Source: Gammaproteobacteria bacterium (GTDB lineage: Bacteria > Pseudomonadota > Gammaproteobacteria > SZUA-140). Taken from it: 64,000 bases of DNA. The notes beneath the pieces are model-generated. The model made no database searches and was not told the DNA's origin. It saw nothing but the letters and a program-made list of their open reading frames with translations. A program made the translations under genes and the position numbers. Positions 29,520 to 38,837 of the stretch are shown here, one piece after another; positions within the stretch are counted from its first letter, which is position 1; every line of letters begins with the position of its first letter. The stretch lies in the NCBI GenBank assembly GCA_021648525.1, contig JAKISP010000010.1, positions 5,695-69,694 on the forward strand. The letters run 5' to 3'.

Positions 29520-30359
29520 ATGACAAGACGTGGTGGGAGAGCTCGTTTAATCGGGCATTTGCTGGGGGGCGTTTTGGTGGGCATGTTATTGCCTGCTATG
29601 AGTGCTGTTGCCGGCGTCTACAACACCAAACACAATCTTGGCAGTAGCGGCCTGAATGCGGCCAGTAATTTTAGTGGTACAGAAGAGATCTGTGTCTTTT
29701 GCCATACCCCGCATGGTGGTGATGCGTCGGCGGCGGTACCCATCTGGAATCGTCAGCTGGATGCGGGCGGTTTTCAAACCTATGATCAGATGGGGACCAC
29801 CACGCTAGATGCGAATGTTGAGCCGATAGGCTCTGTCTCCATTGCCTGCCTCTCCTGTCATGATGGCTCACAGGCGATGGATGCAGTCATTAATGAGCCA
29901 GGTTCGCTGGCTGATAACCCCTCTTTTTCTGCGGGTGACTGGAGCGGCCAGGCGGCGGCAGTTCAGGGGCGAATTGGGCCGGTTGATGTGGTGACAAATT
30001 TAGGTAAGGATCTAACGAACGACCACCCTGTCGGGATTCAATATGCAGGTGGCGGCTATTCAGAGAGCTACCCGGAGGGGCGACCAAGAGTCGATATTGA
30101 CTTTAATCCGCCAACCTCAGAAGTGCTGAGTACGGGGCGGGTGTGGTGGGTAGATAGCCGTGAGCATCCCGAGTCTTCTTTTAGTAAACGAGATTTAAAG
30201 CTTTATTCTCGCGTAGGGACACGCGGTACCAATGTTGGTGAGCTGCAGCCTTATGTGGAATGTGCATCGTGTCATGATCCGCATGTGGACTACAATCCGA
30301 CCTTTTTAAGGATTGACCCCGCTGGAAGCGCGGTTTGCCTGACTTGTCACGCGAAGTAA
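29520..30359 (+). CDS. tetraheme c-type cytochrome with doubled-CXXCH domains (paired_CXXCH family)
   Basis: It has a GGGGGAG RBS and a signal peptide. It has 4 CXXCH motifs (CVFCHTPH, CLSCHDG, CASCHDPH, CLTCHAK). The CHDPH...FLR...CxxCH spacing matches the doubled-CXXCH motif. Confidence 0.8.
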   Translation: MTRRGGRARLIGHLLGGVLVGMLLPAMSAVAGVYNTKHNLGSSGLNAASNFSGTEEICVFCHTPHGGDASAAVPIWNRQLDAGGFQTYDQMGTTTLDANVEPIGSVSIACLSCHDGSQAMDAVINEPGSLADNPSFSAGDWSGQAAAVQGRIGPVDVVTNLGKDLTNDHPVGIQYAGGGYSESYPEGRPRVDIDFNPPTSEVLSTGRVWWVDSREHPESSFSKRDLKLYSRVGTRGTNVGELQPYVECASCHDPHVDYNPTFLRIDPAGSAVCLTCHAK

Positions 30360-31361
30360 GTGATGGTGATGAAGTTGACTGCGCTGTGGATGCTACTGGG
30401 TTTAATGGCTGTGCCAGCCCTGGCCGAGCAAGTGGTGCTTGAACAGCGCCAGTCGGCGCTTGCTGCGGATGTATTTGCGGTGGTGGACGGAAAGGTCATT
30501 ACACAGCAGACATTTGATACCTTTTTGCACGTGGGAAAACGACAGCGGTTTTACCATGGTGATATCCCTGAAGCGGAAGAGGCTGCATTTCGAAAGGAGG
30601 TGGCGCAGCGCTTGATTGATCAGGTGTTGATGCGCTCCGCGGTGAAAGAAAGAGGGGTAGTAGCAGAGCCAGAGCAGGTGAAGGTTCAGTTGGCGGCCAT
30701 TGAGGCGCGCTATGAGTCGCGGCCGCATTGGCGGGCACAGCGAGAAGGATTCCTTGCAGAGTTATTGCCGCAGGTGGAAGAACAGAGTCAGTTCGAGCAG
30801 CTTGAGACGCAGGTGCGGAACGTGGTTGAGGTGAGTGAAACGGCGGTGGTGGCCTATTATCAGGCCAATTCCGAACAATTTACGACGCCGGAGCGACTGC
30901 GTGTTTCGCTGATTTTGTTAGGTGTCGAACCCTGGGCGCAGGCAGCCCAGTGGCAGGCGGCAATGGATGAGGGTGAGCGCTTAATTAAGCGACTGCGACA
31001 GGGCGGAGATTTTGCAGAGATGGCTCGCTTGCATTCAAGTGATGGCTCAGGGCTTAAAGGCGGTGATTTAGGTTACGTTCACAAAGGAATGTTGGCGGAA
31101 GAGGCGCAGCAGGTGCTGGATAAAATGATGCCGGGGGAGGTGTCGTCTGCCATTCGTTTGCTGAAAGGTGTCGCGATATTCAGGGTTGATGAGCGGGTTT
31201 CACCGGTGTTGAATCTGTTTGAACGGGTTGCACCACGCGCACGCGATTTGTATGTGCGTGAGCAGAGCGAAAAGAACTGGCGTGAGTTTATGAGTGAGAT
31301 GCGCAGTAGTGCGGATGTACAGGTAAGAGATCCGTTGCTGTTACCAATTAGCGATGAGTAG
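30360..31361 (+). CDS. periplasmic PpiC-type peptidyl-prolyl cis-trans isomerase (parvulin; SurA/PpiD-like chaperone)
   Basis: It has a signal peptide and a parvulin domain (SLILLGVEPW...GGDFAEMARLHSSDGSGLKGGDLGYVHKGMLAEEAQ). Confidence 0.7.
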   Translation: MMVMKLTALWMLLGLMAVPALAEQVVLEQRQSALAADVFAVVDGKVITQQTFDTFLHVGKRQRFYHGDIPEAEEAAFRKEVAQRLIDQVLMRSAVKERGVVAEPEQVKVQLAAIEARYESRPHWRAQREGFLAELLPQVEEQSQFEQLETQVRNVVEVSETAVVAYYQANSEQFTTPERLRVSLILLGVEPWAQAAQWQAAMDEGERLIKRLRQGGDFAEMARLHSSDGSGLKGGDLGYVHKGMLAEEAQQVLDKMMPGEVSSAIRLLKGVAIFRVDERVSPVLNLFERVAPRARDLYVREQSEKNWREFMSEMRSSADVQVRDPLLLPISDE

Positions 31362-31422
31362 TAGGGGGTTGTTCTGATTATCATGCGGTCGTTGCAAGTC
31401 GTATTTGTGACGTTAGATCAAT

Positions 31423-33231
31423 GTGGGCTGGATGGCTAGGGAGATAGCATCCCGGCGTTTATACCTGTTAGCCTCGGTTGCGATGTTGTGCCCGCTCGCC
31501 GCGCCATTAGCCGCGCCTGTTGATCTGTCGGGTGATGTTGGGTATGCCTACCGTTTGATGAAAGGTGATAATAGTGAAACCGTGAGTAACCAGCTACGAG
31601 GTTCGATACGCGGCAGGTCTTACTTGGGGCAGCCGTGGATTGCGACTGTGGATGTCGGTTTGCGATTTACCGAGGATAGAGCCAATTACAGCCTCACTTC
31701 GAGTGCGCATGTTGATGGTAGTGATACTAAATTGGTGACCGGTGACCTGAGCCTGAATGTGATTCCGCAGAGCCGTTTTCCTATTTCAATCTCCTATCAG
31801 GCCAATGATAGCCGCGTTGATGCTACGCTGAATACCATCACCAGCCCACTCACGGCGGCGGGTAATCGTGAATTCAAGACCCGGCGTTTTTCGATTAGGC
31901 AGAATATTACGGCAGACAGCGCCAGCCGTTTTAAGTGGAACCTGGATTCCAATCAGTGGGATTCCAGTAATAGTGAAAAATACAGTGACTGGTTATTAGG
32001 TGGCAGTGCTGATTTTGGTTTTGATGACCACCGGTTACAGTTGCGAGGGAGTTATAAGTCTATTGACCGGGCCGCTTTAAGTCAGGAGACAACGAATACT
32101 ACGCTGAGTGGTGATCATTTTTATCATAGCCCGACGCGGGCGCTCAGAGTGGACTCTTCTGTGGATTACTACCAGTATCAAACAGAAGGGGTAGCGTCCG
32201 ATATTGTCTTTAGTAACGGTGAGCTTGATACGACCAGTTATCAGGCGTCGAGCTTTGTATTCTGGCGCCCCGTTGACCGTAAGCTGAGCGCGAGTGCAGG
32301 TGTGCGGGTGTTTAATCTGACCAGTGATGCTATTTCAACTAACACCGCAGAGACGACAATTAGTAATGAAACTGAGCTGCTGAGTCTGAATGCGAGTGCG
32401 GCTGGGTTGTATCAATATACAAAAAATGTCCGCTTTGATGGGAATGTGAACTTTTCCGTTAATGATAACGGTGTAGAAGAGAATAATGCGTACCTTGGGC
32501 GATTGGGCGCACTGTTACAGTCCGATATTCATGAAATTCCTTTGGGGATGATGTATCAGTGGCGTGCATCGGCTGCGGCACAGACACAGGGGATAGAAAG
32601 GAATAAGCAGTACCAGACATTGAGTGTTAATCTGGGGCACGATGCGAACCGTAGCTGGCTGAATGATGATAAAAGTTCTGCATTACGGTTTGGTTGGAGT
32701 CAGGCGGTTAATGCTTCGCTTGAAAGTGGTGATGAGGACGCGAACTCACAGCGGTTTGATCATTCGGTCAATGTCGGCTGGGATCGTTATGGTGATCGTG
32801 ACAGTACTTATTCTCAGCTTACTATCTCGGATGCGCGCACCCTGGGTGATCGTGAAAGTGATCAGCAGTTGGTGAATCTACAGCTCACTCGAACGCAAAA
32901 TATGACCCGACGTAGCACGTTAACGGGCAATATTACCGCGCAAAGTGTGCGCCAGAATTTTGCTGGTCAGGATGCGAGTGAGATATCAACAACCACGACT
33001 GGAGCGATAAATTATCAGCTTTCCAGCGTGTTTGGTATTCCTCGTTTTCGTTATGGGTTTGATGTTCGCGTGTCACGAGCATCTCAGGATTCGGGAGTTG
33101 ATCGTGCCGAATGGGAACACCGACTGGATTATAGTGTCGGTCTAGTAGATACTAGGGCCAGTTGGCGCCTGATTGATGCTGGGGAGCAGAATTACACTTT
33201 GGTGTATTTTCAGGTTACACGACGTTTTTGA
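31423..33231 (+). CDS. large outer-membrane beta-barrel protein (602 aa, no heme motifs), a candidate porin component of a porin-cytochrome complex
   Basis: It has a signal peptide (…AMLCPLAAPLAAP). It is rich in alternating polar/aromatic beta-strand segments. It has a C-terminal aromatic end (...YFQVTRRF). It has no CXXCH. Confidence 0.55.
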   Translation: MGWMAREIASRRLYLLASVAMLCPLAAPLAAPVDLSGDVGYAYRLMKGDNSETVSNQLRGSIRGRSYLGQPWIATVDVGLRFTEDRANYSLTSSAHVDGSDTKLVTGDLSLNVIPQSRFPISISYQANDSRVDATLNTITSPLTAAGNREFKTRRFSIRQNITADSASRFKWNLDSNQWDSSNSEKYSDWLLGGSADFGFDDHRLQLRGSYKSIDRAALSQETTNTTLSGDHFYHSPTRALRVDSSVDYYQYQTEGVASDIVFSNGELDTTSYQASSFVFWRPVDRKLSASAGVRVFNLTSDAISTNTAETTISNETELLSLNASAAGLYQYTKNVRFDGNVNFSVNDNGVEENNAYLGRLGALLQSDIHEIPLGMMYQWRASAAAQTQGIERNKQYQTLSVNLGHDANRSWLNDDKSSALRFGWSQAVNASLESGDEDANSQRFDHSVNVGWDRYGDRDSTYSQLTISDARTLGDRESDQQLVNLQLTRTQNMTRRSTLTGNITAQSVRQNFAGQDASEISTTTTGAINYQLSSVFGIPRFRYGFDVRVSRASQDSGVDRAEWEHRLDYSVGLVDTRASWRLIDAGEQNYTLVYFQVTRRF

Positions 33232-33284
33232 CAGGCGTTGTAGGCCTCATATAATAAGAGTAAATTACGAGGAGAGAGTTTGAT

Positions 33285-33722
33285 ATGTCATCTAAGATCA
33301 AGCGTAATGTGTTGAAATCGATGATCATAGGGGTATTAGCGTATATGGGGGCTCTGGGGGCCCCGCAGCCTGCGCAAGCAGAGTATGCTGATATCGTGAT
33401 CAATAACTATGCTGATGCAGCAGGAATGCGCCCTGCCGTTTTTCCGCATTGGTTCCACCGAATTCGTTTCCGTTGCAAGGTTTGTCATACAGACCTGGGT
33501 TTTGCGTTTAAAGCGGGTGGTAATAAAATCGATATGGCTAAAATTATCGATGGCAAGTTCTGCGGAGCCTGTCATAACGGTGAAATTTCATGGTCGGTAG
33601 AAAACTGTGCCATGTGCCATTCCGGGATACCGGGGCAACCAACCCATTTTCACGGCAGTACGGTGCAGCGTCTGATCGCCCCGGCGTATAAGCCACTTCA
33701 AGCCAACGACGCTAAGAAATAA
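33285..33722 (+). CDS. periplasmic triheme cytochrome c7/c3-type (PpcA-like)
   Basis: It is 145 aa with a signal peptide. Heme 1 is FPHWFHRIRFRCKVCH, as in c7 cytochromes, plus CGACHNG and CAMCHSG. Confidence 0.75.
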   Translation: MSSKIKRNVLKSMIIGVLAYMGALGAPQPAQAEYADIVINNYADAAGMRPAVFPHWFHRIRFRCKVCHTDLGFAFKAGGNKIDMAKIIDGKFCGACHNGEISWSVENCAMCHSGIPGQPTHFHGSTVQRLIAPAYKPLQANDAKK

Positions 33723-33736
33723 GAGGAAGGCAAGCA

Positions 33737-34408
33737 ATGAATCATAAAACTAAAGCTGTTTCCTTATCTCTGGCGATGCTGGTGTCTGCCTTTGCGTGGA
33801 ATGCGCAGAGCCATGCAGATGAAGCGACCGGGGTGAAACAATCACCATTGATGTTGGCTGAGGTTTCGTCTGCCAACACCTTTAACGTTAACTTGAAGAA
33901 GCCTAAATCACGCAATCTTCCGCCTGCGGAAGACGGCATTCATGATCCAGAAAATGAAGCAACTCACTCGTTGCAGCATCCACTTGATGCCTATAAAGGG
34001 CTGCCAACAAGTGAATTTGGTAACTATGTTGACTGGGTGAAGGCGCTTGATGAGGGTAAATTGCGTCCGCGTTGGGATCGTTCCGATCCAAACGAAGAGC
34101 CATTTGTGCTCGATCTTGATATTGTACGTCCAGTGAAGGCGTCTGTGCCTGATGTGGTTTTTCCACATCGTCAGCACACCGAGTGGCTTTACTGCTCAAA
34201 TTGCCATCCTGCAATCTTTATTCCTCAGAAGAATGCGAATCAGATCAGTATGTCCGCAATTCTTCTGGGTCAAAAATGTGGCGTCTGCCACGGAAAGGTT
34301 TCTTTTCCAATTGAGACCAAAACCTGTCGTAAGTGTCATTCTAAGCCTAAACCGGCTGGTTGGACGCCTCCTTTGAGTGAAGCAACACTGAAGAATCCCT
34401 GGAAATAA
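33737..34408 (+). CDS. periplasmic c7-type triheme cytochrome with an ~120-aa N-terminal extension (paralog A)
   Basis: It has a signal peptide. It has a DGIHDP motif in the extension. The c7 module is VVFPHRQHTEWLYCSNCHP...IPQK...CGVCHGKVSFP...CRKCH. Confidence 0.75.
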   Translation: MNHKTKAVSLSLAMLVSAFAWNAQSHADEATGVKQSPLMLAEVSSANTFNVNLKKPKSRNLPPAEDGIHDPENEATHSLQHPLDAYKGLPTSEFGNYVDWVKALDEGKLRPRWDRSDPNEEPFVLDLDIVRPVKASVPDVVFPHRQHTEWLYCSNCHPAIFIPQKNANQISMSAILLGQKCGVCHGKVSFPIETKTCRKCHSKPKPAGWTPPLSEATLKNPWK

Positions 34409-34542
34409 CCGACACATTAATCAGAGCTATAGCATATTCTAAGGATTGATAATTAACGCCGGACGAACTCTTCGCCCGGCGTTCCCTATAATGTGTTTCA
34501 GGCAAGATTAATTGTTCAGTTAATTTTAAGGAAGTTGAAACC

Positions 34543-35874
34543 ATGAAAACACCATTTCAAATGCGTTCTCCAGTGCGAGCAGGGATAACCTCTATTCTGC
34601 TTGGCCTGGCAATGCCCAGTTATGCCTTCGATGATGATTGGGGCGATGGCGGAACGCTTGAAATTGAGCGTATTTTTGTGGTCACTGCTCAGGATAAACC
34701 AGATACCCATCCGTTTTATGGTGTCGGCCATAAACGTGGCATGGAGGTGGATGGTGTACCCGGAAAGGAATTAGTGCTGACGCGTGGCAAGAGTTATGCC
34801 TTTCGAGTGGATACAGATATAAAGCATGATTTCTATCTGTCAACCGAGTCGGTAGGCTGGGGAGCCTCAGTGCTGGCAGAGGGGGTTGAAGGTAATTTTA
34901 CCTATGACGGTATTGTTACCATCGAAACGGATAACAAAACACCCAAAGAATTTTTTTATGCTTGTCGTAACCATAAATACATGGGCGGCAAGATTCATAT
35001 TGCGAATGCAGGTGAAGAAGATAAGGTAGAGCTTGGCAAGATCGATATCTCGAAATTGCCACCAACAAAGCCACCTAAACCTGTTTCAGAACGTACGGTT
35101 AAGCAAAAAATTAGCTTTGCAGACATGTTTGTTAGCCTGTCATCAGCGGCGAAACGCGTCGCTAATAGTGATAATGATAAGGCAAAAATCGCTTACACCG
35201 ATGCACATGATCGCCTCAATAAAGCGAAAATAGCGCTGGATGCGGATGATCTTGTGCTGGCGCTGTTCGAAGTGGATGAATCACTGCGCTCGATGAGTAC
35301 TGCGGCACGTCTGGTGCCAACGCCCGAGCAGCTAGAAGAGCAGAAACGTATATTTGTAGCCTTACTGGAAGAGGTGAGGTCATTTGAGAAGTCATATAAA
35401 CGGAATGTTGAGCGTCTGGAGAAGAGTGGCCGAACCGATGTGCGTGATGACCTGAGTTATGCTGAATTAGAGAGTACGATAGAAGCTGCGGAAAGCCTTT
35501 ATGAAATGAAGGAAATTGTTGCTGCGAATCGTTTGATGAAAAATTTACAGAAAGCGATTACATCAGCATTGGGTAAGATGCTTGACAACACCACAGTGGT
35601 ATATGATAAAAACTTTGAGACGCCACTGGAGGAGTTTGAATACGAGCTTGCGCGCTACCTTAGCTATGAAGAGTTGATCCCGCTAGCGATCGAGCAGAAA
35701 CGTCCTTCTAAACGAGCGATAGAGTTGATGGATCAGTTTGTTGTTAAAGGTAAGGACATTTATCTACAATCGAAACCGGTGATTGAAGGAAAGGATTATA
35801 AAAACGCGATTTTGATGTTGCAAGGCGCAACATTTCAGTTGAAACGTGCATTACGGATGGTAGGAGTGAGATAG
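34543..35874 (+). CDS. cupredoxin (amicyanin-like type-1 copper) domain fused to a long alpha-helical C-terminal domain, novel fusion
   Basis: It has a signal peptide. Its copper-ligand pattern YACRNHKYMGGKIHI (C-x2-H-x2-M-G-K) closely mirrors amicyanin HCTPHPFMRGKVVV, with a candidate upstream His (KHDFYL). A Pro/Lys linker is followed by about 280 aa of helical heptad-like sequence. Confidence 0.6.
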   Translation: MKTPFQMRSPVRAGITSILLGLAMPSYAFDDDWGDGGTLEIERIFVVTAQDKPDTHPFYGVGHKRGMEVDGVPGKELVLTRGKSYAFRVDTDIKHDFYLSTESVGWGASVLAEGVEGNFTYDGIVTIETDNKTPKEFFYACRNHKYMGGKIHIANAGEEDKVELGKIDISKLPPTKPPKPVSERTVKQKISFADMFVSLSSAAKRVANSDNDKAKIAYTDAHDRLNKAKIALDADDLVLALFEVDESLRSMSTAARLVPTPEQLEEQKRIFVALLEEVRSFEKSYKRNVERLEKSGRTDVRDDLSYAELESTIEAAESLYEMKEIVAANRLMKNLQKAITSALGKMLDNTTVVYDKNFETPLEEFEYELARYLSYEELIPLAIEQKRPSKRAIELMDQFVVKGKDIYLQSKPVIEGKDYKNAILMLQGATFQLKRALRMVGVR

Positions 35875-35875
35875 C

Positions 35876-36526
35876 ATGACGCAAGCTATGAGCGAACGAT
35901 CACAAAAAATGCTGCCAATGAATGGTTGGTGGTGTGTGCTCGTGCTGATGGCCTGTTTTTGTTTTAGTACGTCGAGCCATGCGGCTGAGTCAGCGTTTAC
36001 GGATGCTGCTAACCCTTCGGAACCAGGCATCACGGCCGTCTGGTCTCGCGGCCTGCATTTTCAGACTGAAGGTGAAGTGGTGCCACTGGCTGAAGATGGT
36101 ATTCACGATCCTACTAATGATGCGGTCAAATTGTTACAGGAACCCTATGAAGCGATGGCTGAATTTCCACGGGATTCTCAGGGCATCATTGACTGGGTGC
36201 AGACACTACGCCAGGGATTGATTGATCCGCGGATGAGCCTGACTGGTGAAGAAGAGATGTTTCCGGTCGATTTTGATATTATTTTTAAAAATACGGGTTC
36301 AATGCCTCATGTCCGCTTTCCGCATTTAGAACATACTGAGTGGCTGACCTGTGCTAACTGTCATCCATTGATCTTTATTCCTCAAAAAGGCGGAAATCCT
36401 GTCTCCATGTCGGCAATTATTCAGGGTGAATATTGCGGTGTGTGTCATGGTAAGGTCGCCTTTCCACCAACGATGAATTGCGGCCGATGTCACTCCGTTC
36501 CAAATCAAGCCAACTTGCGGCGCTAA
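35876..36526 (+). CDS. periplasmic c7-type triheme cytochrome with an N-terminal extension (paralog B of 33737..34408)
   Basis: It has the same architecture as paralog A. It has LAEDGIHDPTND and the c7 module VRFPHLEHTEWLTCANCHP...IPQK...CGVCHGKVAFP...CGRCH. Confidence 0.75.
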   Translation: MTQAMSERSQKMLPMNGWWCVLVLMACFCFSTSSHAAESAFTDAANPSEPGITAVWSRGLHFQTEGEVVPLAEDGIHDPTNDAVKLLQEPYEAMAEFPRDSQGIIDWVQTLRQGLIDPRMSLTGEEEMFPVDFDIIFKNTGSMPHVRFPHLEHTEWLTCANCHPLIFIPQKGGNPVSMSAIIQGEYCGVCHGKVAFPPTMNCGRCHSVPNQANLRR

Positions 36527-37746
36527 TCGCACTGACATCCTCCCTTCTAATTGGGGGGTGTTCAATGCTGTCAAAAGACCCGGCTTCGAGCGCCACTCAT
36601 GCATCAGTGCAACAGTCACTCTATGGCTGGCGAGAGATTGAAGGTGGGGTCGAGTCAGCATGGACAGATAATTCGGCTTTATCAGCTATTACTGGTCAGC
36701 GATACGTTCGTTTTGTTCGGCCGGTGCAGGTGGCGGCGCGCGGAAACTTTGTCTTTGTTGTTGATGCTGGCCCAGAATTGCTTTATCGCTATGATCTTAG
36801 CCGTAATGAGTTGAAGGTTGTATTGAATCTCAAGGGGGTTATGGCTGGTGAAGTCACGGATCTTTATGTCTACCCGGATCACTCATTTCTCCTGGTAGAC
36901 CCTGATTCCGCACGTGTGCTGCACTTTAGTCGCAATGGGCGTCTAATTCGTATTTTCCAGGATGGTTTAAATCTGATTCGCCCTGTTGCTGTCACCTATG
37001 ACGAGGAGATGGGGCGCGTATTGATTGCCGATGGCTCCAGTGATGACGTGCTGGTGTTTTCTACAACAGGGCAATTACAGGGCGTGATTGGCACACGTGG
37101 TGTTCAGGAAGGGCAGTTTTTAAATATTACGGCGATGACTTCTGGCGCTGACGGTATTTATGTCACGGCACGCCTTGGTCATCGATTACAGGTAATGGGG
37201 CGTGATGGTTCACATGTGAAATCATTTCAGTCTGATGCAGTGGTGTTTCCGTTGGCTGTTGCAGTCGATAGAAGCGGCAATACATTTGTGAGTGACTATC
37301 TTGATAACTCGATTAAGGTTTTTCAGGATGGCCTGTTTCTTGAGAGTATTGCTGGATCTGGTTTTTCACCTGGTCGTTTTAAGCGGATTAGCGACTTGTG
37401 GTACGACGAAGGTTTTCTCTATGCTGTCGATAGCCTTAACGGGCGGATTCAGGTATTAAGAGTTGAGGTGATTGAACCTGAAATAGAAACGTTTGTTGAA
37501 GATGAAATTGACCTGGAAACAGCACCTCCTGCAGCTGCTGAGGTGTTACCGTTAGGGGAGCCAGGTGAAGAGCTGGAACTGGAAACTGCGCAGAATGAAC
37601 TGGAGGAATTGCAGGAGGAACTTGAAGCTGCTCGCTTAGAATTAGACGCTGAAGCTGACAGGCAGCCGGCCGAAGCCCCGCTTACTTCCGAGCCTCTTCC
37701 TGTTGAACCTGGTCAAGTGATTGATTCACCTGGTAGCGAAATTTAG
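36478..37746 (+). CDS. NHL-repeat beta-propeller lipoprotein with an acidic C-terminal tail
   Basis: It has a lipobox (LLIGGC). Multiple NHL-like blades are present (VFVVDAG...LYRYD, VLIADGSSDDVLVF, IYVTARLGHRLQV, TFVSDYLDNSIKVF, LYAVDSLNGRIQVL). The C-terminus is an E/L-rich acidic tail. Confidence 0.65.
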   Translation: MRPMSLRSKSSQLAALIALTSSLLIGGCSMLSKDPASSATHASVQQSLYGWREIEGGVESAWTDNSALSAITGQRYVRFVRPVQVAARGNFVFVVDAGPELLYRYDLSRNELKVVLNLKGVMAGEVTDLYVYPDHSFLLVDPDSARVLHFSRNGRLIRIFQDGLNLIRPVAVTYDEEMGRVLIADGSSDDVLVFSTTGQLQGVIGTRGVQEGQFLNITAMTSGADGIYVTARLGHRLQVMGRDGSHVKSFQSDAVVFPLAVAVDRSGNTFVSDYLDNSIKVFQDGLFLESIAGSGFSPGRFKRISDLWYDEGFLYAVDSLNGRIQVLRVEVIEPEIETFVEDEIDLETAPPAAAEVLPLGEPGEELELETAQNELEELQEELEAARLELDAEADRQPAEAPLTSEPLPVEPGQVIDSPGSEI

Positions 37747-37760
37747 AAATAAACATAATC

Positions 37761-38837
37761 ATGATGCTTAACTCTCGCCAAGGGCTGGTTGTGCTGTTAT
37801 GCCTGATTTTTTCAGGCTGCGCCTCCGCACCTGCTGTTCTGAAATATGACCTTGAAGAGGCGGCTGGGACAGTCTGGCCAGCCACCCCGGAGGTGGCACG
37901 TTATCAATACGTGGGGCAGCTAACCGGTGAAGAAAATTTCATCCATTCGAGTGATGATGTCTCAATGGGGCGTAAGGTTTTTGAATGGATTGTGGGTGTT
38001 GTGACCGGAGAAGAAGCCCCAACGGTTTTACAGCGTCCGCAATCTGGTACGGTAGATCGCGATGGACGTATTTATGTCACGGATGTGAGTCGTGCGGCAG
38101 TATATGTGTTTGATGGGCAAGGCGGTCGACTGGATGTGTGGGAGATGGCGGGTGAGGCGTTGCGATTTAAAACACCGATCGGCATAGCGGTGGTTGAAAA
38201 AGCGGAAGGTGTACGTGAAATTCTGGTCGTTGATGCGGATCTTAAACGTGTGGTGGTACTAGATCAGAAAGGTATCCCGCAGCGCCACTTTGGTAGTGAT
38301 GTATTGACGCGGCCAACTGGACTGGCGCGGGATCCAGAGAGCGGCCAGCTCTATGTGGCGGATACTCACGGGCATGACATCAAGGTGTTTAGCGCAGATG
38401 GTGTATTGCTTAAAACGCTTGGAGTCAGTGCGAGGGGAGAAGGTCCGGGGCAATTTAACTCACCTACTCATCTTACTTTTGCGGCTGGCCAACTGTATGT
38501 GACCGATACACTTAATTCACGAGTGAAGATTTTTAGCGCGGATGGAGAGCTTGTGCGTATTTTTGGACGGCGCGGGATTTTTGTGGGTGACCTGCCGCGC
38601 CCCAAAGGGCTGGCGGTTGATAAAGACGGCAATATCTATGTGGTGGAATCCTATTATGATCATCTGTTAGTATTCAATGGTGAAGGGAACCTGCTTTTGC
38701 CGATTGGCGGCTCGGGTAGCGGCGTAGGGCAGTTTTACCTGCCCGCAGGTGTCTGGACTGACCACCGTGACAGGATATATGTGGCTGATAGTTTCAATGG
38801 TCGGGTCGTGATATTACAATATTTGGGGGGGGCATGA
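37761..38837 (+). CDS. NHL-repeat six-bladed beta-propeller lipoprotein
   Basis: It has a lipobox (IFSGCAS). It has six NHL blades (RIYVTDVSRAAVYVFD, LYVADTHGHDIKVF, LYVTDTLNSRVKIF, IYVVESYYDHLLVF, IYVADSFNGRVVIL...). Confidence 0.7.
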   Translation: MMLNSRQGLVVLLCLIFSGCASAPAVLKYDLEEAAGTVWPATPEVARYQYVGQLTGEENFIHSSDDVSMGRKVFEWIVGVVTGEEAPTVLQRPQSGTVDRDGRIYVTDVSRAAVYVFDGQGGRLDVWEMAGEALRFKTPIGIAVVEKAEGVREILVVDADLKRVVVLDQKGIPQRHFGSDVLTRPTGLARDPESGQLYVADTHGHDIKVFSADGVLLKTLGVSARGEGPGQFNSPTHLTFAAGQLYVTDTLNSRVKIFSADGELVRIFGRRGIFVGDLPRPKGLAVDKDGNIYVVESYYDHLLVFNGEGNLLLPIGGSGSGVGQFYLPAGVWTDHRDRIYVADSFNGRVVILQYLGGA

